Virus record (IMG/VR): IMGVR_UViG_3300008261_004773
Span: 32,830-96,829 of that record
DNA: 64,000 nt
Reading direction: 5' to 3' (one strand)
Source: a virus
Below the pieces are notes generated by a model, which searched no databases, had not been told where the DNA came from, and was given only the letters and a program-made list of their open reading frames with translations. A program made the translations under genes and the position numbers. This document shows positions 16,554 to 26,499 of the stretch, piece after piece (the first letter of the stretch is position 1; each line of letters starts with the position of its first letter).

Positions 16554-18561
16554 ATTTACCCTTCTTCAGTTTTATTTCTTCACCATCTACAATCACTTTG
16601 TAAGATGTCCCTTCTTTCACATTTCCCTTCAAAACTTCTTCTGACACAAGATCTTCCACTTTGTCCTGAATTGCTCTCTTGAGTGGTCTTGCTCCGTAAA
16701 GTTCATCATACCCAACATTAGAAATATAATCTACGAGTGTTTGGTCATAAGAGATCTTATAGTTCATTTCATTCAAACGTGAGATCAACTTCTTGATTTC
16801 AATTTCACTGATTTTCTTGATGTCATCTTCTTTGAGTGCATTGAATGTAATGATGTCATCAACACGGTTCAAGAATTCGGGAGAGAAGAAATTTTTCATT
16901 TCTTTCATCAAGATTTCTTTTTTCTGTTCATCAGAACCATACTTGGACGAACCGAATCCGATACCCGTACCGAAGTCTTGTAGTTTTTTTACACCCAAGT
17001 TAGAAGTCATGATAATCAACGTATTTCTGAAGTTGATTTTTCTACCCAAACTATCGGTAACATGACCGTCATCCAATATTTGTAGTAAGACAGAGAATAT
17101 ATCTTTGTGAGCTTTCTCTACCTCATCGAATAGGATTACAGAATAAGGTTTGTTTTTAACTTGCTCTGTAAGTTGACCACCTTCATCGTAACCAACATAG
17201 CCTGGAGGAGCACCTACTAATTTGGAGATAGTATGTTTTTCTTGATATTCACTCATGTCCACTCTGATCAAAGAATCCTCAGTACCGAAAATTTCTTTTG
17301 CGAGTTGTTTTGCTAAGTGAGTTTTACCTACACCTGTTGATCCTAAGAAAATGAATGAACCGATTGGACGATTTGGATCTTTGATACCCAAACGATTTCT
17401 ACGAATAGATTTTACAATCTTGAGAACCGCAGCATCTTGACCGATAACTCTATCCTTGAGGACTGAATCCAAATTAACAAGAGCCTTGGTGTCATCGATA
17501 GACATCTTGGATACCGGAATTTTGGTCATTGTAGAAACAACTTCATAAACCAAGTCCAAAGAGATTTCCTTCTTTGATTGAGACATTTCTTCTTCGAACT
17601 TTTTCTTTGCGTCTTCGAGTTTTACAATGATCTTCCTTTCTTTATCACGTAATTCTGCGGCTTGCTCGTAGTTCTGTTTCTTAACAACATCCATTTTGAG
17701 TTGTTTGATCTCAGAAGCCTTTTGTTTCAATTCTTCGATAGCTGCGGGAATTTTAGTTTCGAGTTGTGTACGAGCACCAACCTCGTCAAGGATATCGAAA
17801 GCTTTATCGGGAAACTCACGATCAGTAATATAACGATCGGCCAATTTCACACAAGCCTCCAAAACAGAATCAGAATAAGTTACCTTATGGTAAGCTTCAT
17901 ACTTGTCTTTGGAATTTTTGAGAATAAGGAGTGTTTCTTCCTTGGTTGCACCTTCAACCATAATTTTTTGGAAACGTCTCTCGAGTGCTCCATCTTTTTC
18001 AAAGTTGGTACGGTATTCATCAAGTGTAGTTGCACCAATACATTGAATCTCTCCACGAGATAATGCTGGTTTGAAGATGTTTGATGCATCCAATGAACCT
18101 GACGCATTTCCTGCTCCAACCATTGTGTGAATTTCATCGATGAACACAACCACATTTGGGTTAGCCTGTAATTCTTCGATGATCACTTTCAACCTTTCTT
18201 CGAACTGACCACGGTATTTTGTACCGGCAACAATTGAGTTGATATCGAGATTCACAATCCTTTTATCCATCAAATTTTTTGGACACTCACCGTTATAAAT
18301 CTTCATAGCCAAACCCTCAACGATTGCGGTCTTACCACAACCAGGTTCTCCGATGATAATTGGATTGTTCTTTTTTCTTCTCGAAAGAATTTGAGCAATC
18401 CTCATGATTTCTTTATCTCGGCCGATAACGGGATCCAATTTACCTTGTTCGGCTAATTTGATAAGATCCCTACTGAAATTATCCAACACTGGTGTTGGGC
18501 TGTCAGAAGATTGTTTCTTCTTACTCATCATTTTGTCATCGTCATCAAGTAGATCATTCAT
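16552..18561 (-). CDS. clpC: ClpC-like AAA+ chaperone/protease ATPase lacking the Clp N-terminal domain
   Basis: GEPGCGKT and GSTGVGKT Walker A motifs, UVR-type QNYEQAAELRD middle domain, IGF loop, YGARPL. Confidence 0.92.
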   Translation of the reverse strand: MNDLLDDDDKMMSKKKQSSDSPTPVLDNFSRDLIKLAEQGKLDPVIGRDKEIMRIAQILSRRKKNNPIIIGEPGCGKTAIVEGLAMKIYNGECPKNLMDKRIVNLDINSIVAGTKYRGQFEERLKVIIEELQANPNVVVFIDEIHTMVGAGNASGSLDASNIFKPALSRGEIQCIGATTLDEYRTNFEKDGALERRFQKIMVEGATKEETLLILKNSKDKYEAYHKVTYSDSVLEACVKLADRYITDREFPDKAFDILDEVGARTQLETKIPAAIEELKQKASEIKQLKMDVVKKQNYEQAAELRDKERKIIVKLEDAKKKFEEEMSQSKKEISLDLVYEVVSTMTKIPVSKMSIDDTKALVNLDSVLKDRVIGQDAAVLKIVKSIRRNRLGIKDPNRPIGSFIFLGSTGVGKTHLAKQLAKEIFGTEDSLIRVDMSEYQEKHTISKLVGAPPGYVGYDEGGQLTEQVKNKPYSVILFDEVEKAHKDIFSVLLQILDDGHVTDSLGRKINFRNTLIIMTSNLGVKKLQDFGTGIGFGSSKYGSDEQKKEILMKEMKNFFSPEFLNRVDDIITFNALKEDDIKKISEIEIKKLISRLNEMNYKISYDQTLVDYISNVGYDELYGARPLKRAIQDKVEDLVSEEVLKGNVKEGTSYKVIVDGEEIKLKKGK

Positions 18562-18614
18562 ATTTAATAATTTTTTTCAAAGGTGTATCAAAATTTGGAC
18601 ATAAACAATTATTT

Positions 18615-18689
18615 TGACAAATTGTCATGATATATTTTTTTTGTCTGTCATTTTGTCTAAAAGATTATTCTTAGACTATCAAATTGTCA
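18615..18689. promoter_or_regulatory. Three TGWCA-N3-TGTCA-like boxes at 31-bp period between divergent clpC and hsp20
   Basis: TGACAAATTGTCA 18615, TGTCATTTTGTCT 18646, TATCAAATTGTCA 18677. Confidence 0.6.
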
Positions 18690-18763
18690 CCATAAATGAA
18701 TCGGCACCAATATTGATAAACTACAGAATAAATAATAAATTTTAAAATCAAAAACAAATTATT

Positions 18764-19159
18764 ATGATCTACGGTACAAACGATTTCAATGACATCTTTG
18801 AAAAGTTTTTCAACAGTCCTAACACTTATTACAAGACTTCGGTTGTAACAAAAAACAAAGAAGATGAAAACAACTACGAAGTAAACCAAACTAAAGATGG
18901 TGCATACCTTTTATTTGAAGCACCTGGTTTCAACAAAGAAAATTTGAAGGTTGAAATCGAAGATGGTGTAATGACCATTGACGGTAAGAGAAAATACAAA
19001 ATGAACGGTGAGGAAATTTCTAAATCGATTCACAAACAATTCAAATTAGGAACTGATTACAATGCAGAACTAATTGAAGCAACGATCGAGGACGGACTCC
19101 TTACGGTTTTCATACCAGGATTCAAGAAACAAGAAAAAAAGAAGATCTCACTTCTATAA
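18764..19159 (+). CDS. Small heat-shock protein (Hsp20/alpha-crystallin)
   Basis: APGFNKENLKVEI...IEATIEDGLLTVFIP. Confidence 0.9.
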   Translation: MIYGTNDFNDIFEKFFNSPNTYYKTSVVTKNKEDENNYEVNQTKDGAYLLFEAPGFNKENLKVEIEDGVMTIDGKRKYKMNGEEISKSIHKQFKLGTDYNAELIEATIEDGLLTVFIPGFKKQEKKKISLL

Positions 19160-19218
19160 TAAATGCTCATTCAAGATCAGATCCCTCACCAAATGGTGGG
19201 GGATTTGTATTTATATTC

Positions 19219-19533
19219 ATGGACAATTGGAAAAAATTTGTTGAAGATACTTTAGCCGCTCAAGAGATACTACAAAAATATCTTGAGTTGAGACTTATGT
19301 TCCAAGAGTTGGGATACACTGAGAAACAATTGGAAAGAATTAGTTCTGGTCCCGAAAGAATGTTTGAAATCAGAGCTGAAATAGCGATGCTTATGCGTGA
19401 TCTCAAAAAACAACTGAAAGGTTTCGGTTTCGATATTCAAGATGAGGATCTCATGCTTTATTTACAGTCAAAAATGAATAAAATTGATTTATTAACACCT
19501 TTAAAAGATGGCAGTAAAGAAAGAGACGATTGA
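19219..19533 (+). CDS. Hypothetical protein
   Basis: 104-aa ORF, TATTTATA 3 nt upstream. Confidence 0.7.
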   Translation: MDNWKKFVEDTLAAQEILQKYLELRLMFQELGYTEKQLERISSGPERMFEIRAEIAMLMRDLKKQLKGFGFDIQDEDLMLYLQSKMNKIDLLTPLKDGSKERDD

Positions 19534-19750
19534 GGGATCCAAAATTATCAACGAGATTGAGTCCTCAAATATTAAAAAGACAACATACGACACGGAACTA
19601 AAATCACTTGTTTGTGAATTCAATAATGGATTAGTTTACGAATATAAAGATGTACCTCACGCCACGTACACCAAATTCAGAATGGCTGAGTCACAAGGGA
19701 AATTTTTCATGAGCGAGATTTCTAAGAAGTTCACATACAAAAAACTCTAA
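19508..19750 (+). CDS. KTSC domain protein
   Basis: ESSNI..YD..L.CEFNNG.VYEYKDVP...AESQGKFF. Confidence 0.9.
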   Translation: MAVKKETIEGSKIINEIESSNIKKTTYDTELKSLVCEFNNGLVYEYKDVPHATYTKFRMAESQGKFFMSEISKKFTYKKL

Positions 19751-19771
19751 CTCACTGAGTATTTATATCAG

Positions 19772-21778
19772 ATGAGTAATTTCCAAAAAATATTAGATAG
19801 TTTCACCCTGAGGGATACTTTAAATCCGAAAATTTGGGATAATCCTGAAGATCCTGAAAAATCAAAAATGAAGCCCAAGGTTCGTAAAGCCTTGATGAAA
19901 ATTGCAAACGAGTTTATTGACTACTTGGGTGAGGATGCGTTTGTTGAAGATATCACCCTAACAGGGTCACTTTCAAACTTCAATTGGTCCGAATATTCAG
20001 ACTTTGATCTTCACGTAATTGTAGATCTAAAGAAGTTTGGAAAACAGGAAGATACCTACAAAGAATTATTCAATCTTAAAAAACAACTTTTCAACGAAAA
20101 ACATGATATCAAAATATTCGGATATGATGTAGAATTATATGCTCAAGGTGAAGATGAAAAACATGAAAGTTCAGGAGTTTATTCATTGATGGAGGATGAG
20201 TGGATTAATAAACCACAAAAAATGAAGAACGAAATTGATAAGTCTGTTATCGAGGATAAAGTAAAAAACTGGAACGAAAAGATAGAAAATGCTTTGGAGT
20301 CTTTGGACAAAGGTGATCTTGAGAAAGGAAAGAAAAAAATAGAGGACTTGAAAGACAAGTTGAAAGAGTATAGAAAATCTGGACTTGAAAAAGAGGGAGA
20401 ACTTTCATATGAGAATTTGACATTCAAATTCTTGAGAAGAAACGGTATGATTGAAAAATTATTCAACACGTACAACAACTACATCGATCAAGAACTTTCA
20501 ATGGAACAATCAATCAAAGAAAGTATTATCAAGTTCCTTCAAGAAGCACCAATGAGTTCTCATTTGACAGGCGGTGCTGACATTACAATACCAAGAGATG
20601 GTGCACACGCAGGACAAAGTGGTTGGCACTCAAGTAATGCTTGGGATATCAAAGCAGCTGTTGGAGATCCTGTTTTTGCTTTAGCCGGTGGTACAGTACA
20701 AACCTTCTCTGATTATGGTGCAGATGTTATAAAGAGGGGTGGTAAAAAATTATATGGTCAAAGTTTCACTGTTGATAGTGAAGGTGGTTTACCTGACATC
20801 TATTATACACACTTACAAGGTGCACAAGTTAGAAAAGGAGATAAAGTTCAGTGTGGTCAACTCTTGGGGTATGTCATGGATTTCCCTAATAGTTCCTATG
20901 ATCACGTTCACATTGGTATTGAGTCAGGTCATAACATAAGAGAGTTTTTGAATGATGATGGATCTTTGAAATGTGCTAAAGGACAAAAATTAGGAAAGTA
21001 CGCCAAGAAATTTAGTGAAGACGGTGAGATATCCGATCTTGTTGGAGATTCAAGATTTTTACAAGACATCATCAGAGTGGCTGAAGGAAATAAAACCTAC
21101 AAATACGAGCCAGGTAAAATTACCTATGACAAGGACGTTGAGTTCATTCAAACCGCTTTACAGTTCTTAGGATTCTCATTACCAAAATGGGGTGTTGACG
21201 GTAAGTATGGTCCTGAGACAGAAAACGCAGCCAAAGAATTCCAAAAATCTATGCAGATCACAACTGATGGAAAAATGGATGGTTTTGATCTTAGATACTT
21301 AACCGCGATGTTGGTTATTAGAAAATTCTCAGATGATGATTTGAGTAAAATCAAAAAACAAAAAGAGGTTGATACTTCAAACATAACTGACAAGAACTTC
21401 TACGAAAGGATATTAAAGGAGTTAGGTGCTCCTGTCACATCAGAAAACCTTAAATTTTTATATGCGTGGAGACAGGCCGAGGGTAAGGGAGGAAGATATA
21501 ACCCATTCAATACAACATGGAAACTACCTGGTTCAACAAATATGAATAAGGTCGGAGTACAACATTACAAATCATTGGAGGATGGTATGATTGCGACTCT
21601 TAAAACATTGAGAAATGGAAGGTACAGTTGTATTGTAGATGGTCTCAAAAACGACATTGGGGCATCCCAAATATCAAAATGTTCATCACTTAAAACTTGG
21701 GGAACTGGAGATTTGGTTGCTAAAGTGGTTAATAGTTACGAAAAGGGAGCGTCTCCGAGTATCAAAGACCTCGCATAA
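19772..21778 (+). CDS. Multidomain protein: Pol-beta-type nucleotidyltransferase + M23 peptidase + PG-binding domain + lysozyme-like domain
   Basis: GSLSNFNWSEYSDFDLH...VELY; H..AWD, YTHL, HVHIG; GVDGKYGPET..A.KEFQ; AWRQAEG..YNPFNTT. Confidence 0.8.
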   Translation: MSNFQKILDSFTLRDTLNPKIWDNPEDPEKSKMKPKVRKALMKIANEFIDYLGEDAFVEDITLTGSLSNFNWSEYSDFDLHVIVDLKKFGKQEDTYKELFNLKKQLFNEKHDIKIFGYDVELYAQGEDEKHESSGVYSLMEDEWINKPQKMKNEIDKSVIEDKVKNWNEKIENALESLDKGDLEKGKKKIEDLKDKLKEYRKSGLEKEGELSYENLTFKFLRRNGMIEKLFNTYNNYIDQELSMEQSIKESIIKFLQEAPMSSHLTGGADITIPRDGAHAGQSGWHSSNAWDIKAAVGDPVFALAGGTVQTFSDYGADVIKRGGKKLYGQSFTVDSEGGLPDIYYTHLQGAQVRKGDKVQCGQLLGYVMDFPNSSYDHVHIGIESGHNIREFLNDDGSLKCAKGQKLGKYAKKFSEDGEISDLVGDSRFLQDIIRVAEGNKTYKYEPGKITYDKDVEFIQTALQFLGFSLPKWGVDGKYGPETENAAKEFQKSMQITTDGKMDGFDLRYLTAMLVIRKFSDDDLSKIKKQKEVDTSNITDKNFYERILKELGAPVTSENLKFLYAWRQAEGKGGRYNPFNTTWKLPGSTNMNKVGVQHYKSLEDGMIATLKTLRNGRYSCIVDGLKNDIGASQISKCSSLKTWGTGDLVAKVVNSYEKGASPSIKDLA

Positions 21779-21823
21779 ATTAAATTATTCTTAAGGAACG
21801 TATATTTATAAAGAAAAAATTAA

Positions 21824-22648
21824 ATGGCTTTAGTAACATATCTCATTGGTTCATGTGCAGGGGGTCCAGCAATACTTGTTGATTTTGACAGCAGTAATTT
21901 ACCTGCGGTCAACGGTAATTATTTCCTTAGATTCTCAGGTGCAACTGCCGAGGGTTGTTATGACATTATCGATAATGCAGAGCCAACTACAGGTGTAGAC
22001 GTTGTTACGTACATGTCCGTTGATTACGGAGATTGTGCAACTTGTGAGGCAGTTGTAACACCAACTCCAACTCCAAGTACTACTGCAACACCAACACCAT
22101 CAGTTACTAAAACACCAACGGTTACACCAACAAAAACGGCTACCGCAACCCCTACTCCAAGTATAACAGCATCACCAACGGTTACACCAACAAAAACGGC
22201 TACACCTACTCCAAGCGTGACTGCAGCGGTTACATCTACTCCAACAGTTACTCCAACAAACTCACCAACACCGAGCACAACCGCAGGTGCAACTCCAACT
22301 CCTTCAGTAACCACAACTAAAACGCCTACTCCTACGCAGTCAGGTACAGCAAGTGTAACACCAACACCTACGGGAACTGCTGCAGTTACACCTACACCAA
22401 CTTCGAGTGTCACACCAACTGTAACACCGACAACAACACCAACACCTACACCATTCGGAGTATTCAGTGCTAATACGTACTATGAATTCACAAATGAAAT
22501 GTTCGGATCTTACAGTGGGGGTACTTATGACCCAAGTGTAGGACAATTACCACGTCCAGCTAACCAAGCAATGATTGGAAGTGAAAGAGGCACAGTTTAT
22601 GACATGAGTGCAATAAAGATCGGTGGATTCGATGGATTAAATAACTAA
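21824..22648 (+). CDS. Thr/Pro-rich (TPT repeat) virion-type protein
   Basis: ~130-aa TPTPS/VTPT low-complexity linker between a Cys-containing N-domain and a C-terminal domain. Confidence 0.75.
   Translation: MALVTYLIGSCAGGPAILVDFDSSNLPAVNGNYFLRFSGATAEGCYDIIDNAEPTTGVDVVTYMSVDYGDCATCEAVVTPTPTPSTTATPTPSVTKTPTVTPTKTATATPTPSITASPTVTPTKTATPTPSVTAAVTSTPTVTPTNSPTPSTTAGATPTPSVTTTKTPTPTQSGTASVTPTPTGTAAVTPTPTSSVTPTVTPTTTPTPTPFGVFSANTYYEFTNEMFGSYSGGTYDPSVGQLPRPANQAMIGSERGTVYDMSAIKIGGFDGLNN
22057..22452 (+). repeat. Coding low-complexity repeat (ACW-CCW-ACW)
   Basis: Encodes TPT repeats; exact duplicate CACCAACGGTTACACCAACAAAAACGGCTAC near 22113 and 22173. Confidence 0.8.
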
Positions 22649-22669
22649 AAAAAAACTAAAAAAAATATC

Positions 22670-24028
22670 ATGGCAGACATCAGACCATTAGGAAGTGAAA
22701 GATTAGAGGGTTTAGACAAAATCAAAAGAATCATGGAGATTGCAAAATACAAAGATGCATCTTCGAACCCTGTTAATGAAAACACTTCTTCAGAATACAA
22801 CATTACTTTCGCCGACGGCAACAGTTTCGGTATTGTTAAAGAAAAACAAGGATATATCATTAAACAAATGTTGGAGGAAGGCCAATCAGATTATATTGAG
22901 CCAATGAAAAATAGAAAATATTTTTCAAGCTATTCTCAAGCATTAAAGAAACTGAATTTAATGATCAAAGAAAACAATTCTTTAGTTGGTAACGAAGAGG
23001 GTGTTTCTTTATTCGGAGAGCAGAAAAAATTTGTTCTTAAGGCTCCTCAAGCGGCTGCTGAACAATCTCCTGTGGCACCTGAAGAACCAGTTGCACCGAC
23101 TCTACCGGAACCTGAATTACCTTCAACAGAGGAAATGCCAGCACCTGATGCTGAGGTTCCTGTTGATGATGTATCAGTAGATACTGAAATGGGGATGGAA
23201 ATGGATTCTGAACCAACAGACAACGAACCTGTGTCATTTAAAGTTATTCAGAAGTTGACAGGTAAGTTAACTCAAAAGATCAGACAATTTGGTTCAGAGA
23301 ATGAAATGTCTTCTGAGGATATCAAATACGTTATAAATATGGTTCTTTCTTCAGTTGATTTGACAAATCTTTCGACAGAGGACAAGGATGAAATTATGAA
23401 CAAATTTGAATCTGATGAAGCAGATGCGGTTGTAGACGGTGGTGATGACAAAGATGGTACCGATATTACAGATGACACTGAGGTTGAAGATATACAAAAC
23501 TTTATGGATGTTGAAAACGACGCTGATATGGTAGATGTGGGGGCACAACCTGAAGGATTTGGAAAAATCGAGGCAGAGGAACAGTGGCAAGCGGCTATCG
23601 CACCGGCAATTGAAAGAATGGCAATGTCATATGCGGCTAACAAAGCTGCTGATAAAGTTTCAGACATGTTTTCAAATGAAGAAGAAATTGAAGAAGAATC
23701 TGCAGTTGAGAAAAGTTTGTTAGATCATTTATTCTCAGAATCTAAAGTTGATAAAGTATTATCGAAATACTTTGAGGTTAAGGATTCTGAAAAGAGAATG
23801 ATCCAAGAAAAAAGAACTGTGAAAAATATTCAATTGAAGAAAGTTATTGAAAAAGAAATGAATTCAGTAAAAAAACTATCTGAGTCAATTGAACAAGAAT
23901 TAGCTGCTGAAAAATTTTTAGAAGAAAACTTTGGTTTTTCTTTGATTGGAAAAACAAACAAGAAAAACTTAGTGTTCGAAAAAAATAATAAACAAACTAA
24001 AATTTCACCTGAAGGATTGATTCTATGA
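22670..24028 (+). CDS. Hypothetical acidic head-module protein
   Basis: 452-aa ORF in the operon upstream of terminase. Confidence 0.75.
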   Translation: MADIRPLGSERLEGLDKIKRIMEIAKYKDASSNPVNENTSSEYNITFADGNSFGIVKEKQGYIIKQMLEEGQSDYIEPMKNRKYFSSYSQALKKLNLMIKENNSLVGNEEGVSLFGEQKKFVLKAPQAAAEQSPVAPEEPVAPTLPEPELPSTEEMPAPDAEVPVDDVSVDTEMGMEMDSEPTDNEPVSFKVIQKLTGKLTQKIRQFGSENEMSSEDIKYVINMVLSSVDLTNLSTEDKDEIMNKFESDEADAVVDGGDDKDGTDITDDTEVEDIQNFMDVENDADMVDVGAQPEGFGKIEAEEQWQAAIAPAIERMAMSYAANKAADKVSDMFSNEEEIEEESAVEKSLLDHLFSESKVDKVLSKYFEVKDSEKRMIQEKRTVKNIQLKKVIEKEMNSVKKLSESIEQELAAEKFLEENFGFSLIGKTNKKNLVFEKNNKQTKISPEGLIL

Positions 24029-24414
24029 GTTATCTAATCTATGTAAATGGACTTGGTCCAAATTTTAGAGGTGATAATTTGTATGAGTTTATTTTTTCGG
24101 ATGAGAAAGATGTTTGGGGTGAAAATTGGGACAGTAAACCATCAAATGGTTACCCTCAACCACCCGATTTGAAATATGTAAAGAAAGTAGGAGTTCTGAA
24201 AAATACCGATATAAAATTGGATTTGATTCAGAACTCTGATTATTTTAGTATGATAGATGCGGTTGACGGAGTAATCGCATTAGCCTGGGAATCTGATGAG
24301 GTAGAAGATAGAATGGTGTTCAGGTTTGGCCAAAGTGAGGAGGAAATAACTGATATTCTATATTCTAAAGATTTAATTCTCAAAATAGAAAAAAAGGAAT
24401 CTTATGAAAATTAA
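24025..24414 (+). CDS. Hypothetical protein
   Basis: 129 aa, ATGA overlap. Confidence 0.75.
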   Translation: MSYLIYVNGLGPNFRGDNLYEFIFSDEKDVWGENWDSKPSNGYPQPPDLKYVKKVGVLKNTDIKLDLIQNSDYFSMIDAVDGVIALAWESDEVEDRMVFRFGQSEEEITDILYSKDLILKIEKKESYEN

Positions 24415-25186
24415 TAAAAAAGCCTTGGATTTAGTTGAAGTAGGTTTAAGACCTGACACAGTTGCAAAAATGTCAGAGTCACAAATTAACACCTTACATT
24501 CAAAAATGATCTCTGAAATCACTATGGTTTCTAAAGCAGATACGAGCACTATTAACAAACTTAAAACTGAAAAGAAACCTTTCGAGGTTTACGAAAAAGA
24601 AATCAAAGAACAACCTGATACTGAAGTTAGCATGACTGACAAGACAGCAGGAGGTACGACACAAGATCCTGTACAAGTACAAGGACCTGATGGGACTGAC
24701 GACGTAGGTAATGATCAAATCAATAAAGAGAAGGAGATTTCAGAAAGAGAAACTAATCCTTGGGCTATTTGTACAGCACAACTTGGTAAAGAGTTTGGTA
24801 CAACAGAGAGAAGTGATTGGTCTAAAGGACAAATGAAAAAATATGAAAGATGTGTTAAGGACGTAAAGAAAACTGTGAAGGAAGGAAAAAATCCTGTATC
24901 TTTGTTTATTGAAAACAAGATTATGGAATTAGTATCTAAACATATCCCACCAAAAATGACTAAGGGAGAATTGATGAAACACTTAGTTGAAGACGGACCA
25001 GCGGTAGCCCCATCAAAACCAAAAACATCTCCAACAACAAAACCAGGAAAACCTGGTACTAAACCTCAGAAGCCCGGCCATCCTTTAAGGAATCCAAATC
25101 CAGGTGAAAAACCCGCACCTAAAGCTGGCCACGAAAAGGCGAAGAAAGAGGTTATAGACTTAATTATCAACTTATTAGACAAGTAA
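24404..25186 (+). CDS. Hypothetical protein (NPWAIC...YERCV motif, Pro/Lys-rich tail)
   Basis: 260-aa ORF. Confidence 0.75.
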   Translation: MKINKKALDLVEVGLRPDTVAKMSESQINTLHSKMISEITMVSKADTSTINKLKTEKKPFEVYEKEIKEQPDTEVSMTDKTAGGTTQDPVQVQGPDGTDDVGNDQINKEKEISERETNPWAICTAQLGKEFGTTERSDWSKGQMKKYERCVKDVKKTVKEGKNPVSLFIENKIMELVSKHIPPKMTKGELMKHLVEDGPAVAPSKPKTSPTTKPGKPGTKPQKPGHPLRNPNPGEKPAPKAGHEKAKKEVIDLIINLLDK

Positions 25187-25188
25187 TC

Positions 25189-26493
25189 ATGGCAAAGAAA
25201 CTGAAAGAACAATTAGATTATGGTAATAGACCGGAAAGAATGGATCCTAATTTGGAGAGAAAGTTAGCAGATCCACAGGGTCTTTATGGACAGAATCCTG
25301 CTATGAGAAAAGGACCCCAAGATGTTGAAAGATTGGTTAGCTCAAGATTCAAAAAAGTTGCCGACAAGTTAAGGTCTGTACCCGGAATGAGAGATCTCAG
25401 TCCAAGAGTGGTACAAGCTTTCTATATGCAAATGATGAATAGCCTACCAACAATAATGAGAATTGAGGGTGCGCACAAAGATGAATTGATTGAGTTAGCT
25501 AAAAAAGCTTCACTCGAAGAAACAGAAGTTCCTGATGGTTGGGTTAATATAATTGCAGAATTAGGTATGCCAATTGATGTCTCTAATTTCAGATACGAAC
25601 CTGAAGATGAAGAGGAGGAAGAAGATGAGGAGGAAAAAGAAGAAAAATTGCAATTCCAATCATTTGATGTTGAGGATCTAACAGACGCTGAACAGCTCGA
25701 GTTAGAAAAACACAAAAGAAACATCATCAACGCTATCATCCAAGGTGCTGCTAAGAAGGGACATTACATATTTCAAAAACCCTCTGTAAAGAGAGCATTA
25801 GACCGCATTGATCCACAATTATTTCCATTGTACTTGGCTATAATGGCAGTTAATGACTACATGTACTTCACTCAAGAACAAATGATTGAAATGATGAGTA
25901 CAACAGGTCAAGGTGTTGCTGGAAAAGTTGAGTTGGATCCCGAAGGAGAAGAGGGAGATGAGGGTGGAGAAGAAGGTGAGTCTGAAATTGATACTGTAAT
26001 CAAAGCTCAAGGTCTTATCTTCCCAATTTTATGCCATGAGATCATAAAAGGTATTGAAGAGTCCAAAGGAAGACATGGTTTACCGAAGGAACCCGGAATG
26101 CGTCAAAAAGTTCAACAACAAGTTGATACTTTGGCAAACGAACCAATGCAATTGAGAATCGGACCAGAAATTGTAGAAAAAATCCGTTTTTCACTTCCTG
26201 ATGAAATGTTTGATGAATCCAATAAAGGATTAATAAACTGGTTCCACATCTTGTTATACCAAATTGATGCAAAAGAATTCTTGGAAATCATAGGAGACGC
26301 TATCTCAGATGATAAATCTAAAAACAAGAAAGCTACTGCGAGATTCGAGGAGATCATGAAAGAAGCTCAGAACATGAAGTCAGAATTCGAAAATTACAAA
26401 GAAGAAAATGACATCGATTCTGAAGATGAAGGAGACGACGATGAAGGTCTCGACGATTTCTTAGGAAGTTTGGGTATATCAAGACCCAAATAA
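25189..26493 (+). CDS. Hypothetical protein upstream of terminase
   Basis: 434-aa ORF with acidic tracts. Confidence 0.75.
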   Translation: MAKKLKEQLDYGNRPERMDPNLERKLADPQGLYGQNPAMRKGPQDVERLVSSRFKKVADKLRSVPGMRDLSPRVVQAFYMQMMNSLPTIMRIEGAHKDELIELAKKASLEETEVPDGWVNIIAELGMPIDVSNFRYEPEDEEEEEDEEEKEEKLQFQSFDVEDLTDAEQLELEKHKRNIINAIIQGAAKKGHYIFQKPSVKRALDRIDPQLFPLYLAIMAVNDYMYFTQEQMIEMMSTTGQGVAGKVELDPEGEEGDEGGEEGESEIDTVIKAQGLIFPILCHEIIKGIEESKGRHGLPKEPGMRQKVQQQVDTLANEPMQLRIGPEIVEKIRFSLPDEMFDESNKGLINWFHILLYQIDAKEFLEIIGDAISDDKSKNKKATARFEEIMKEAQNMKSEFENYKEENDIDSEDEGDDDEGLDDFLGSLGISRPK

Positions 26494-26499
26494 TTTTCT

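Noticed and set aside
10164-18561. Bacterial chromosome or prophage flank
   Set aside because: Host-like genes are interleaved with phage genes sharing the same motifs and composition; no integrase or att site seen
22024-22413. Val/Gly-rich minus-strand ORF and similar antisense ORFs (e.g. 25422-25739, 29662-30021, 32999-33331, 61365-61859)
   Set aside because: Shadows of low-complexity or biased sense genes
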